Shown piece by piece: positions 26,705 to 36,003 of a stretch of DNA of 64,000 bases. The stretch spans positions 26,680-90,679 of the forward strand of contig JBJTWK010000081.1 of assembly GCA_046081705.1 (NCBI GenBank). The letters run 5' to 3'. Source of the stretch: Actinomycetes bacterium (lineage in GTDB: Bacteria; Actinomycetota; Acidimicrobiia; IMCC26256). The notes under the pieces were generated by a model, which worked only from the letters and a program-made list of their open reading frames with translations, had not been told where the DNA came from and did no database searches. The number at the start of each line of letters is the position of its first letter. Position 1 is the stretch's first letter. The position numbers were made by a program, and so were the translations under genes.

Positions 26705-27883
26705 TCAGCGCGGCGACGGGGGCATGCCGAGACCGAACAGAGCGATGAGGTCGCGCTGCATCTCGTTCGTGCCACCACCGAAGGTGAGGATGTGCATGCT
26801 GCGGGTCCGGGCCTCGATACGGCCCTGCACGACCGCAGCGGGCGAACCGCCCTTCACGATCGCGTTCGAGCCCATGATCTCCATCAGGGCCCGGAACGCC
26901 TCGAGGTAGAACTCGGTGCCGAACACCTTGATGCTCGACGCGTAGGCGGGGTCGAGCGGCAGGCCCGCGGTCGCGTCGGCTGCGACCTTCCAGTTGATGA
27001 GCCGCAGGTACTCCAGCCGGGCGTGGACCCGGGCGAGGTTGAGCTGCACCCACTCCTGGTCGATGACCCGGCGGCCGTCGGCGAGGGTCGCCTCCTTGGC
27101 CCAAGCCGAGACGTCCTCGAGCTGGCGCTCGACGATCCCGGAGGAACAGAGCGTGACGCGCTCGTGGTTGAGCTGGTTCGTGATGAGGCTCCAGCCCTTG
27201 TTCTCCTCGCCGACGAGGTTGCCGACCGGCACCCGCACGTCGTCGTAGAAGGTGATGTTGGTGTTGAGGCCACCCATGTTCTTGATGGGCTCGACCTTGA
27301 AGCCGGGCGCGTCGCTCGGGACGATGAGCATCGAGATGCCCTTGTGCTTCTTCACGTCCGGGTCGGTGCGCACGGCGAGCCACACGTAGTCGACGTCGGT
27401 CGCCAGGCTGGTCCAGATCTTCTGGCCGTTGATGACGTACTCGTCGCCGTCGCGCACCGCGCGGGTCTTGAGCGACGCGAGGTCGGTACCGGCCTCCGGC
27501 TCGGTGTAGCCGATGGCGAAGTGGATCTCGCCGGCGAGGATCTTCGGCAGGTAGAAGGCCTTCTGCTCGTCGCTGCCGTACTGCATGATCGTCGGCGCCA
27601 CGGAGTTGATCGTGAGCATCGGCACGGGCGCACCCGCACGCATCGACTCGTCGAAGAACACGAACTGCTCGATCGGCGTCCGACCCTGGCCGCCGTACTC
27701 CTTCGGCCACCCGATCCCCGCCCAGCCGTCCGAGGCCATCTGCTTCCAGAGCCTGCGGGCGAGCGGTCCGACACCCTCGCTGCGTGAGAGCTCGTCCTGG
27801 ATCTCCTCGGTGAGCATGGCCTCGTAGTAGGCCCGGAGCTCGTCGCGCAGCCCCTTCTGCTCGTCGGTGTATCCGATGTACAT
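26705..27883 (-). CDS. Acyl-CoA dehydrogenase, catalytic beta-type subunit (ChsE/FadE26-29-like)
   Basis: MYIGYTDEQKGLRDELRAY, IGYTEPEAGTDLASLKTRA, NGQKIWTS, QLNHERV (catalytic Glu), TFGGGTNEMQRDLIA. Confidence 0.9.
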   Translation of the reverse strand: MYIGYTDEQKGLRDELRAYYEAMLTEEIQDELSRSEGVGPLARRLWKQMASDGWAGIGWPKEYGGQGRTPIEQFVFFDESMRAGAPVPMLTINSVAPTIMQYGSDEQKAFYLPKILAGEIHFAIGYTEPEAGTDLASLKTRAVRDGDEYVINGQKIWTSLATDVDYVWLAVRTDPDVKKHKGISMLIVPSDAPGFKVEPIKNMGGLNTNITFYDDVRVPVGNLVGEENKGWSLITNQLNHERVTLCSSGIVERQLEDVSAWAKEATLADGRRVIDQEWVQLNLARVHARLEYLRLINWKVAADATAGLPLDPAYASSIKVFGTEFYLEAFRALMEIMGSNAIVKGGSPAAVVQGRIEARTRSMHILTFGGGTNEMQRDLIALFGLGMPPSPR

Positions 27884-27924
27884 GGTGTCCCTCTCAGCTG
27901 GGTGGTCGCTCGACGTGCTCGCGA

Positions 27925-28010
27925 TGGCGGAGGGAGTGGGATTTGAACCCACGGAGCTCTCGCTCAAGGGTTTTCAAGACCCCCCCGTTCGGCCTCTCCG
28001 GCATCCCTCC
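27925..28010 (-). tRNA. tRNA-Ser(TGA), CCA encoded
   Basis: GGAGGGATGCCGGAGAGGCCGAACGGGGGGGTCT-TGA-AAACCCTTGAGCGAGAGCTCCGTGGGTTCAAATCCCACTCCCTCCGCCA; TACTCT -10 at 28019-28024. Confidence 0.96.
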
Positions 28011-28079
28011 GGGAGGGCAGAGTACGCCCCGGACCGAAACGCGTTCTACCTCTGGGATCCCGGCCCGCCGGGGCGCGGG

Positions 28080-29333
28080 TCAGGCGCGGGGCTCGACCCG
28101 GGAGAACCCGGTGTACGGCACGAGCACATCGGGGACGGCGAGCCCGCCGTCGGCCTCCTGGAAGTGCTCGAAGAGGAACAGCAACGTGCGGCCGACCGCA
28201 CAGGCCGTGCCGTTGAGCGTGTGGACGAGTCGGTTGCCGTCGGCCTCGCGCACGCGGGTGCCGAGTCGGCGGGCCGAGTAGTCGAGGTAGTTCGAGCACG
28301 AGGTGAGCTCGCGGTAGCGGCCCTCGCTCGGGAGCCAGACCTCGAGGTCGAACTTGCGCGCCGCCGGTGCACCGAGGTCACCGGCGGCGATGTCCATGAC
28401 CCGGTACGGGAGGCCGAGGCCACCCACGATGCGCTCCTCCATCGCGAGGATGCGCTCGTGCTCCTCCTCCGAACGGTCGGGGTGGGCCCACACGAACATC
28501 TCGACCTTGTCGAACTGGTGCACGCGGAAGATCCCCCGCGTGTCCTTGCCGTACGTCCCGGCCTCGCGCCGGAAGCACGACGAGAACCCCCCGTACCGCA
28601 AGGGCAGCGCGTCGGGGTCGAAGAGGTCGCCGCGGTGGAGCGCCGAGAGCGGCACCTCGCTCGTCCCGACGAGGTACAGCTCGTCATCGGGGAGCTCGTA
28701 CACCTGGGCCCGGTCGGTCGGGAAGAACCCGGCCTCCTCCATCGTCTGCTCCCGCACGAGCACCGGCGGCACGACGGGCGTGAACCCCTCCCGCACCAAC
28801 TCGGCCATCACCCACTGCACGAGCGCGAGTTCGAGCAGCACCGCCTCGTTCATGACGTAGGCGAACCGTGAACCGCTGGCCTGGGCTCCGCGCTCGCTGT
28901 CCACGAAGCCCAACGCCTCGCCGAGTGCCGCGTGGTCGAGCGCGGGCGCACCGGGCTGCCCGCCGACCGTGCGCACCACGGTGCCGTCGTCCTCCCCGCC
29001 GTCGGGGGTCTCGGCGGACGCGGGGTTCGGGATCTGCAGGGCGAGGGCCCGCACCGCCTCCTCCGCCGCCGAGAGGTCGGGCTCGAGTGCGCCGAGCCGC
29101 TCCTTGAGTCCGGCCGCCGCCTCGATGCGGGCGGGACGCTCCTCGGGCGCGGCCCGGCCGATCGCCTTCGAGGCCGCGTTCTGCTCGGCCCGCAGGGCCT
29201 CCACCTCGGCGAGGAGGGCGCGTCGGCGATCCTCGGCCGCGAGGGTCTCGTCGATGAGACCAGCACGCACCCGCTTGCGCTCGATGCCCGCGCGGTACTC
29301 GGGCTCGTCCCGGAGACGCCGGACGTCGATCAC
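28080..29333 (-). CDS. serS: Serine--tRNA ligase
   Basis: N-terminal coiled coil; LYLVGTSEVPL, CFRREAGTYGKDTRGIFRVHQFDKVEMF, RELTSCSN, HTLNGTACA. Confidence 0.97.
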   Translation of the reverse strand: MIDVRRLRDEPEYRAGIERKRVRAGLIDETLAAEDRRRALLAEVEALRAEQNAASKAIGRAAPEERPARIEAAAGLKERLGALEPDLSAAEEAVRALALQIPNPASAETPDGGEDDGTVVRTVGGQPGAPALDHAALGEALGFVDSERGAQASGSRFAYVMNEAVLLELALVQWVMAELVREGFTPVVPPVLVREQTMEEAGFFPTDRAQVYELPDDELYLVGTSEVPLSALHRGDLFDPDALPLRYGGFSSCFRREAGTYGKDTRGIFRVHQFDKVEMFVWAHPDRSEEEHERILAMEERIVGGLGLPYRVMDIAAGDLGAPAARKFDLEVWLPSEGRYRELTSCSNYLDYSARRLGTRVREADGNRLVHTLNGTACAVGRTLLFLFEHFQEADGGLAVPDVLVPYTGFSRVEPRA

Positions 29334-30274
29334 GCGTCGGCCCCCGGAGGACGGATGCGCGCGTGGAGGTCGTTCATCCAGGACTCCGCGTCGCGCCACG
29401 CCCGGGTCGCGGAACGCCGGCGCTGAGTCGCGGCCACACCCGCCACCGGGTACGACCCGAGGAACTTGACCTGCGCGGCCGAGGCGGCGATGGTGCGGAG
29501 GCAGTCGGCGACGATCGGCTCGCCGACGTGGCCGACGAAGTCGATGAAGAAGCAGTAGTCACCGAGTGAGTGCTTCGTCGGGCGGGACTCGACCTTCGTG
29601 AGGTTGATGGTGCGGGCGGAGAACTCCTGGAGGATCGCGAGCAACGAACCCGGGCGATCGGACCGCTGGAAGCAGACGATGCTCGTGCGGTCGTGGCCGG
29701 TCGGCGCCGGGATCCCGTGTCCGACGAGGACGAAGCGCGTCTGGTTGTGGTCGTGGTCCTCGATCCGCGTGGCGAGGTTCCGCAATCCGTACTCGCGGAC
29801 CGCCGCCGCGTTCGCGATCGCGGCGAGACCGGACCGCTTCGAGCGCGACACCTCCCGCGCCGCCTCGGCCGTGGAGTTCGCCGCCCGGATCTCGGCGTCC
29901 GGCAGGCGGCGGGCGAGCCAGGCCCGGCACTGCCCCACCGCCATCGGCATCGTGAGGACCGTGTGCACGTCGGCGAGGGCCGTGCCCTCCCGGGCCGCGA
30001 GGTTGAGCGAGATGGGGAGGTCGATCTCGCGCTGGATGAGGAGATCGCTCTCGAACCCGAGCGCGTCGAGCGTGAGCGCCACGCCACCCTCGATCGCGTT
30101 CTCGATCGGGACGAGCCCGAGATCGGCCTCGCCACGACCCACCGCCGCGACCACCTCAGGGACGGACCGCACGGGGAGGTGCGCGGCCGCCCGCAGATCG
30201 GCCTGGGTGCGCAGGGCCTCCTCGGTGAAGGTCCCGGCGGGTCCGAGGTACGCGACGCGGGTGGGCGTGGTCAC
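29330..30274 (-). CDS. pheA: Prephenate dehydratase
   Basis: VAYLGPAGTFTEEA, VPIENAIEG, NQTRFV, ACT domain PGSLLAILQEF...NLTKVESRP. Confidence 0.96.
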   Translation of the reverse strand: MTTPTRVAYLGPAGTFTEEALRTQADLRAAAHLPVRSVPEVVAAVGRGEADLGLVPIENAIEGGVALTLDALGFESDLLIQREIDLPISLNLAAREGTALADVHTVLTMPMAVGQCRAWLARRLPDAEIRAANSTAEAAREVSRSKRSGLAAIANAAAVREYGLRNLATRIEDHDHNQTRFVLVGHGIPAPTGHDRTSIVCFQRSDRPGSLLAILQEFSARTINLTKVESRPTKHSLGDYCFFIDFVGHVGEPIVADCLRTIAASAAQVKFLGSYPVAGVAATQRRRSATRAWRDAESWMNDLHARIRPPGADA

Positions 30275-30328
30275 GGGCGAGAGCGTAGACGGCACCCGGC
30301 GGCGCTCCCGCCGGTAACGTCGCACGCC

Positions 30329-30724
30329 GTGGAGGACTGGACGCTCGAGCGGGCCGAGGCCGCACTGCCCCGGGTCGGCGCCGTGCTGCGCCGCGTGCGC
30401 GATCTCGCCGACGCCACCCGACTCGTCGGCGCGCTCCCCGGCGTCACCCCGAACGGCCACGGCGCGAGCGCGGCCGAGCCGGAACGACCGGCGGCGATCG
30501 ATCCGGTCGCCGAGGCCCGCCTGCGCGAGGCGCTCGCGACCCTGACCGACGAGGGCATCGTCCTGCGGGATCCCTACCGCGGGCTCATCGACTTCCCGGC
30601 CCGCACCGCCGATGGACGGGAGTTCCACCTGTGCTGGCTGCTCGGTGAGCCGCGCATCGGCTGGTGGCACTGGCCCGAGGCGGGCTTCGCCGGGCGGACC
30701 CCGATCGAGGACGCACCCGCATGA
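30329..30724 (+). CDS. DUF2203 family protein
   Basis: WTLERAEAALPRV; GIVLRDPYRGLIDFPARTADGREFHLCWLLGEPRIGWWH...GFAGRTPI. Confidence 0.88.
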   Translation: MEDWTLERAEAALPRVGAVLRRVRDLADATRLVGALPGVTPNGHGASAAEPERPAAIDPVAEARLREALATLTDEGIVLRDPYRGLIDFPARTADGREFHLCWLLGEPRIGWWHWPEAGFAGRTPIEDAPA

Positions 30725-32328
30725 GCCTCACCGACGCCCCGACCTGGCCGGCCCTCGCCGCACACCACGCGACCCTCGCGACGACCCATCTCCGCGACCT
30801 GCTCGACGACGCCGACCGCATCGAGCCGCTCACCGCGGAGGCCGCCGGTGTGCACCTCGACCTCACCCGGCAACGTCTCACCGCGGAGTCCCTCGCGCTC
30901 CTCGTCGCGGTCGCCGAGGAGCGCGGTGTCACCGAACGGCTCCGTTCGATGCAGACCGGTGCCATCGTCAATCCGACCGAATCGCGCGCCGCGCTCCACA
31001 CCGCTCTGCGGGCCCCGCGCGGCGCGCGGGTGGAGGTCGACGGGCGCGACGTCGTCCCCGAGGTGCACACCGTCCTCGACGCGATGCGGGCCTTCGCGGT
31101 CGCGGTCCGCGACGGTGCCCACCGGGGCGCGACGGGCGCACCGATCCGCGCCGTGGTCCACCTGGGGATCGGCGGCTCGCACCTCGGACCCGAGATGGTC
31201 ACGGCCGCGCTGCGCCCGTACGTCGCACCCGACCTCACCGTCCGGTTCGTCTCGAACGTCGACGGGGCCGACCTCCAGCGCGCGCTCACCGGCCTCGATC
31301 CGGCGTCCACCCTGTGCATCGTCGCCTCGAAGACCTTCACCACCGCCGAGACGATGGCGAACGCGCGGGCGGCTCGGGCCTGGATCGTCGACGCCCTCGG
31401 GGAGGCCGCGGTCGCACAACACTTCGCCGCCGTGTCCACGAACCTCGACGCGGTCGCCACGTTCGGTATCGATCCGGCGCGGACCTTCGGGTTCTGGGAC
31501 TGGGTCGGCGGCCGGTTCTCGGTCTCCTCCGCCATCGGCCTCCCGGTGCTCCTCGCGATCGGGCCCGACGCGTTCGACGAGCTGCTCGGCGGTATGCGGG
31601 CCATGGACGAGCACGCGGCCACGGCGCCACCGGCCCGCAACCTGCCCGTGCTGCTCGCGCTCACGGAGGTCTGGAACACCGACCTCGAGGACATGAGCAC
31701 CCGCGCCGTGATCCCGTACGCGAGTGATCTCGCCCGCTTCCCGGCGTTCCTGCAGCAGCTCGAGATGGAGAGCAACGGCAAGTCGGTCACCGAGACCGGT
31801 GAGCCCGTGACCGTCGGGACCTCACCGATCGTCTGGGGTGCTCCCGGTACCGACGCGCAGCACGCGTTCCTCCAACTGCTGCACCAGGGCACCGTCATCG
31901 CGCCGGTCGACCTCATCGTCGTCGCCCGGGCGCACACGCCCCTCGGCGAGCATCAGGACACGCTCGTGGCGAACGCCATCGCCCAGGCCGAGGCGTTGGC
32001 TCGGGGTCGCTTCGCCGACGAGGTCGCGGCCGAGGGCGTCGACCCCGCGCTCGTCCCGCACCGGGTCTTCGCCGGGGATCGACCGTCGACCATCCTCATG
32101 CTCGACGCGCTCACGCCCGCATCCCTCGGCGCGCTCATCGCGCTGTACGAGCACAAGGTCGCCGCGGCCGGCGCACTCTGGGGGATCGACTCGTTCGACC
32201 AGTGGGGGGTCGAGCTCGGCAAGGTGCTCGCCACCACCATCCTCACTGAGCTGCGCGACGGCGTCGACTCGCCGCACGACCCGGCGACGGCGGCGACGAT
32301 CAGGCGGTACCGCGCACGCCGAGCCTGA
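30721..32328 (+). CDS. pgi: Glucose-6-phosphate isomerase
   Basis: NPTESRAALHTALR, GIGGSHLGP, SKTFTTAET, FWDWVGGRFS, QQLEMESNGK, FDQWGVELGK. Confidence 0.97.
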   Translation: MSLTDAPTWPALAAHHATLATTHLRDLLDDADRIEPLTAEAAGVHLDLTRQRLTAESLALLVAVAEERGVTERLRSMQTGAIVNPTESRAALHTALRAPRGARVEVDGRDVVPEVHTVLDAMRAFAVAVRDGAHRGATGAPIRAVVHLGIGGSHLGPEMVTAALRPYVAPDLTVRFVSNVDGADLQRALTGLDPASTLCIVASKTFTTAETMANARAARAWIVDALGEAAVAQHFAAVSTNLDAVATFGIDPARTFGFWDWVGGRFSVSSAIGLPVLLAIGPDAFDELLGGMRAMDEHAATAPPARNLPVLLALTEVWNTDLEDMSTRAVIPYASDLARFPAFLQQLEMESNGKSVTETGEPVTVGTSPIVWGAPGTDAQHAFLQLLHQGTVIAPVDLIVVARAHTPLGEHQDTLVANAIAQAEALARGRFADEVAAEGVDPALVPHRVFAGDRPSTILMLDALTPASLGALIALYEHKVAAAGALWGIDSFDQWGVELGKVLATTILTELRDGVDSPHDPATAATIRRYRARRA

Positions 32329-33124
32329 ACGTCGCGCGGTACGGCGCGCCCGGGCGCGCCACCGGGTACGGACCCCGCGCGAGTGCACCGGGCGCGCCCA
32401 CCATGGGCTCGAGGCTGATGAACGGTTCCCCGGCGGGCATCCACGCCCAGAGCGCGTCGTAGCCGGGGCCGAGCGAGACGGTGAGCTCCCGCCCGGCGCC
32501 AGCCAGCACCGCGTCCCGGCCCGCGTCGAGCGCGACCGGTCCGTCGATCGTCCCCGGACCGATCGGCGCGGCCGGGACGCCGGGGAGCCGCACCGTGCAG
32601 GCACCACGATCGGCGTCGGGCAGCAGGAGGTAGGGGTGCCACCCGAAGCAGGCCGGCACCGCGTCGTCCCCGCTGGCGATCAGGGTCGTCGTCACCTCGA
32701 GCGCGTCGGGGAGGAGGCGCCACGCGACCTGGATCCGGGCGGCGAACGGAAAGGCCGCGGCGGTGATCGGATCCTCGTCCAACCGGATCCCGGCCACGAT
32801 CGCGTCCCTGCGATGTTCGAGCACCGCCCAGTCGCCCCGACCGGTGATCGTGCCGTGCAACGGGAGACCGGACGGATCGCGCTCGATCGGCAGCGTCGAG
32901 AGGTCGACCACTCGGTCACCCACCGCGTACCGATCGCCGGGCAGCCGGTTCGCCCAGGGTGCCAGCAGCGCCATCCCGCGCACCGTGTCGACCCGTGGGA
33001 CCTCCTCGCGTCGAGCGCGCGACGGGACGAACAACTCCTCGTCGCGCCAGCGGCAGGAGGTCGCGAGCATCCCACGGGCCGGGTCGAGGTCGAGGTCGAG
33101 CGTGTCGTTGGCGAGGTGGATCAC
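32300..33124 (-). CDS. Aldose 1-epimerase family protein
   Basis: LAPWANRL, LHG, FGWHPY, FISLEPM; 3' end overlaps the pgi 3' end by 29 nt. Confidence 0.88.
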   Translation of the reverse strand: MIHLANDTLDLDLDPARGMLATSCRWRDEELFVPSRARREEVPRVDTVRGMALLAPWANRLPGDRYAVGDRVVDLSTLPIERDPSGLPLHGTITGRGDWAVLEHRRDAIVAGIRLDEDPITAAAFPFAARIQVAWRLLPDALEVTTTLIASGDDAVPACFGWHPYLLLPDADRGACTVRLPGVPAAPIGPGTIDGPVALDAGRDAVLAGAGRELTVSLGPGYDALWAWMPAGEPFISLEPMVGAPGALARGPYPVARPGAPYRATFRLGVRGTA

Positions 33125-33819
33125 GCGCGCCACTCGATGTCGAGGATCGCGTGGTCGGGGCCCTTCACCACCACCGCGTCGGCGCGGGCCGCGGTCGGCG
33201 CGATGTGCTCGACGAGGTTGGGGTGGTTGATGCCGAACCAGAACTGCTCGGCGAGGATCCGCTGCGCCCCCTCGGACAACGCGGCCCAGGATCGGTAGAA
33301 GGAGGTCTCGTCGTTGCGGGCCGCCACGCACTCGAGGACGAAACGGTCCGCGTACCACCGGACGACGTGCTCCTCCTCCGCGTGCAGATACAGCGCGAGG
33401 TCGAGCGCATCGGCGAACCGCAGGGCGTTCACGCCCTCGAGGATGCATACGTCGGGCGCACCGACCAGCCGGCGTTCGTCCACGACGTCGTAGACCGCGT
33501 GCGAGTACACCGGCACCGAGGCGGCGGGGTCGCCGGTCCGCACCGCGGCGAGGAACTCGAGGAGCGCCGCCTCGTCGTACGACTCGGGGAACCCCTTGCG
33601 CAGGAAGAGGTCGCGCTCGACCAGCACGGCGTTCGGGAGCAGGAACCCGTCGGTGCCCACGACCTCGACGGCGTGCGGTGCGAGCGCGTCGGCGAGCGTG
33701 TGCGCCAGCGTCGACTTCCCGACCGCGACCGACCCGGCGAGGCCCACGAGCACCGTCGCTCCGGTCGTGCGCTCGCCGAGCACGCGCTCGACGAGCGGGG
33801 TGAGCGGGCCGGCCTCCAC
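33121..33819 (-). CDS. coaA: Type I pantothenate kinase, N-terminally short
   Basis: GLAGSVAVGKST, TDGFLLPNA, RKGFPESYD, VPVYSHAVYD, ILEGVN, INHPNLVEHIAPT..RA..V..KG.DH. Confidence 0.88.
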   Translation of the reverse strand: MEAGPLTPLVERVLGERTTGATVLVGLAGSVAVGKSTLAHTLADALAPHAVEVVGTDGFLLPNAVLVERDLFLRKGFPESYDEAALLEFLAAVRTGDPAASVPVYSHAVYDVVDERRLVGAPDVCILEGVNALRFADALDLALYLHAEEEHVVRWYADRFVLECVAARNDETSFYRSWAALSEGAQRILAEQFWFGINHPNLVEHIAPTAARADAVVVKGPDHAILDIEWRA

Positions 33820-34068
33820 GACCCCCGATCGTAGGAGCGCGGCCGGACCACCCGTCGGGGGCGCTCTGGGGCCTCCTGACGGCCCGCATGACCCGGGCGG
33901 GCGGTGGGAACGGCACCGTTGGCAGATCCGGTTCCCCGTCTGGGCCCATCGGCTCAGAGTTGTCGCACCGTTGTGAAAATCGTCAAGTCCTGGGGCTGGT
34001 GAGCCGATCAAGGTCATCCCAGCGGGCACCACCTCCGACGCCCGACGAGACCCGGAAGCGACCAGACG

Positions 34069-35286
34069 ATGTTCGGTACGACGGCCCAGCGCACGATCCA
34101 GCGCCTCGCCACCGTGACGATCGCCGCCACGACGGCACTCAGCGGCCTCGCCGCCGCGGCCGCCCCGGCCGGTGCGATCAGCCCCATCGCCCAGAAGCAG
34201 GCCCAGGCCGCGGCCATCCGGGCCCAGATCGACGCCGAGTCGATGCACGTGGCCCAGCTCGCCGAGCAGTACAACGGCGCTCGGGTCGCCGTGCAGGAGG
34301 CCCAGGCCCAGGTCGCTGCGGCAGAGGCCGGCGTGGCCGCCGCCAAGGCCCGCCGCGACGAACTGAAGTCCGTCCTCGCCCGCCGGGCCGCCTCGCTGTA
34401 CCGCGGCGCCGGCGACCAGTCGCCGTTCTCGAGCGTCGACGCCGGCAACATGGTCCGGACCGCGCGCATCGCCCAGTACGGCGACGTCGCAGCGAAGAAG
34501 GACCGCACCCTCCTCGCCGAGGTGCGCGCCGCCCAGGCCCGCCTCACCGCCGAGCGCGCCGCGGCCGAGTCGGCCCGGACCGCCGCGTCCGAGCAGGCCG
34601 CCGCCGCGAACGCCGCCTACACCGCGGCGGCCGCCGCCGACCGGGCGCTGCGCAACCAGCTGGCCCGGATCGACGCCGAGACCCAGCGCCTCATCGCCCA
34701 GCAGCGGGCCGAGGCCGCCCGGGCCGAGGCCGCCCGACTCGCCGAGCTCCAGCGGATCGCCGCCCAGCAGCGGGCCGCCGCCGCCCGCCCGGGCTCGCCC
34801 GCGCCGACGACCACGACCCGACCCCGGACCACCGGCACCGTCGGCACCTCCGGCACCCCGGGTTCCCCGGTCACGACCTCGACCACCGTGAGCCCGGCCC
34901 TCACCGGCTCGCCGTTCGGGCCCCCGCCCGCGGTGTCCCCGGAGGCCGCCGACGTGGTCGCCTTCGCCCGGGCCCAGCTCGGCAAGCCGTACGTGTTCGC
35001 CACCTCCGGCCCCAACACCTACGACTGCTCGGGCCTCACCAAGGCGGCCTGGGGTTCGGTGGGCGTGCGCATGGCCCACTACTCCGGCTCCCAGGCGGTG
35101 GCGTTCCCGAAGGTCGCCTACCAGGACCTGCAGCCCGGTGACCTCGTGTTCTTCTATTCCGACCTCCACCACGTCGGCATCTACATCGGCGGCGGGATGA
35201 TGATCCACGCCCCGCAGACCGGCGACGTCGTGAAGATCTCGTCGGCCTGGCGCTCGAACTTCATGTGGGGGACCCGCCCCTCGTAG
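34069..35286 (+). CDS. Secreted NlpC/P60 peptidoglycan endopeptidase with coiled-coil N-terminus (RipA/CwlO-like)
   Basis: Signal peptide, long Ala-rich coil, QLGKPYV...YDCSGL, DLQPGDLVFF, HHVGIYIGGGMMIHAP. Confidence 0.95.
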   Translation: MFGTTAQRTIQRLATVTIAATTALSGLAAAAAPAGAISPIAQKQAQAAAIRAQIDAESMHVAQLAEQYNGARVAVQEAQAQVAAAEAGVAAAKARRDELKSVLARRAASLYRGAGDQSPFSSVDAGNMVRTARIAQYGDVAAKKDRTLLAEVRAAQARLTAERAAAESARTAASEQAAAANAAYTAAAAADRALRNQLARIDAETQRLIAQQRAEAARAEAARLAELQRIAAQQRAAAARPGSPAPTTTTRPRTTGTVGTSGTPGSPVTTSTTVSPALTGSPFGPPPAVSPEAADVVAFARAQLGKPYVFATSGPNTYDCSGLTKAAWGSVGVRMAHYSGSQAVAFPKVAYQDLQPGDLVFFYSDLHHVGIYIGGGMMIHAPQTGDVVKISSAWRSNFMWGTRPS

Positions 35287-35373
35287 TCCGCGATCGGGGA
35301 TCAGCCCACCCGATCCGTCGGCATCGCACCCGTGGCCCCTCCCCGGAGGTCACGGGTGCGATGCTGTCCGGAC

Positions 35374-36003
35374 ATGGACGATCGCGTCACCCCCGATCCC
35401 GACCGCACCGACACCGCCGATCCCGCCTACACCGCGCGACTGCGCGAGCTCGAGGGTCGGGGCTGGAAGCAGCGGCTGGACGTGCAGCGGCCGTACCGCT
35501 GGAACCTCCGTCGGCTCCACCCGGGCCGGACCCTCGACGTCGGCTGCGGGATCGGGCGCAACCTCGCCCACCTCGACGGCAACGGCGTCGGCATCGACCA
35601 CAACGCCACCTCGGTCGACGCCGCACGCGAGCGCGGGTTCACCGCCTACACGCCCGACGCGTTCGTCGCGTCGCAAGATGCCGTCCTCGGCGGGTTCGAC
35701 TCGCTCCTCGTCGCGCACGTGCTCGAGCACCTCGACCTCGCGACCCAGCGCGACCTGCTGGCGACCTACCTGCCCTACGTGCGCGAGGGCGGCCGGGCGA
35801 TCCTCATCACCCCGCAGGAGGCCGGGTTCCGCACCGACGCGACGCACGTCCGGTTCGTCGACCCCGCGGGCTGCGACCTCGCGCTGCACGAGCACGGTTG
35901 GCGGGTCGTCGCGAAGCAGTCGTTCCCGTTCCCGCGGCCCGTCGGTCGCGTGTTCCCCTACAACGAGTTCGTCGTCGTCGGCGAGCGCGACCCCGACGCG
36001 TGA
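35374..36003 (+). CDS. Class I SAM-dependent methyltransferase
   Basis: TLDVGCGIG, GIDHN, FDSLLVAHVLEHL. Confidence 0.88.
   Translation: MDDRVTPDPDRTDTADPAYTARLRELEGRGWKQRLDVQRPYRWNLRRLHPGRTLDVGCGIGRNLAHLDGNGVGIDHNATSVDAARERGFTAYTPDAFVASQDAVLGGFDSLLVAHVLEHLDLATQRDLLATYLPYVREGGRAILITPQEAGFRTDATHVRFVDPAGCDLALHEHGWRVVAKQSFPFPRPVGRVFPYNEFVVVGERDPDA

Noticed and set aside
22730-27950. 29-bp direct repeat with 1 mismatch (22730-22758 and 27922-27950) that looks like attL/attR around a 5.2-kb block
   Set aside because: Both copies are the 3' arms of complete tRNA-Ser paralogues, and there is no integrase in the window, so tRNA homology explains it.
33972-33987. CRP/GlxR-like site TGTGA-N6-TCAAG upstream of the NlpC/P60 gene
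   Set aside because: The second half-site matches only 3/5, too weak to call without a matrix scan.
33820-34068. Possible c-di-AMP (ydaO) riboswitch upstream of the NlpC/P60 gene
   Set aside because: Expected in this context, but the GCCGAAUCC...GGGGAACC and CCCGUCAGCUAAC signatures are absent.
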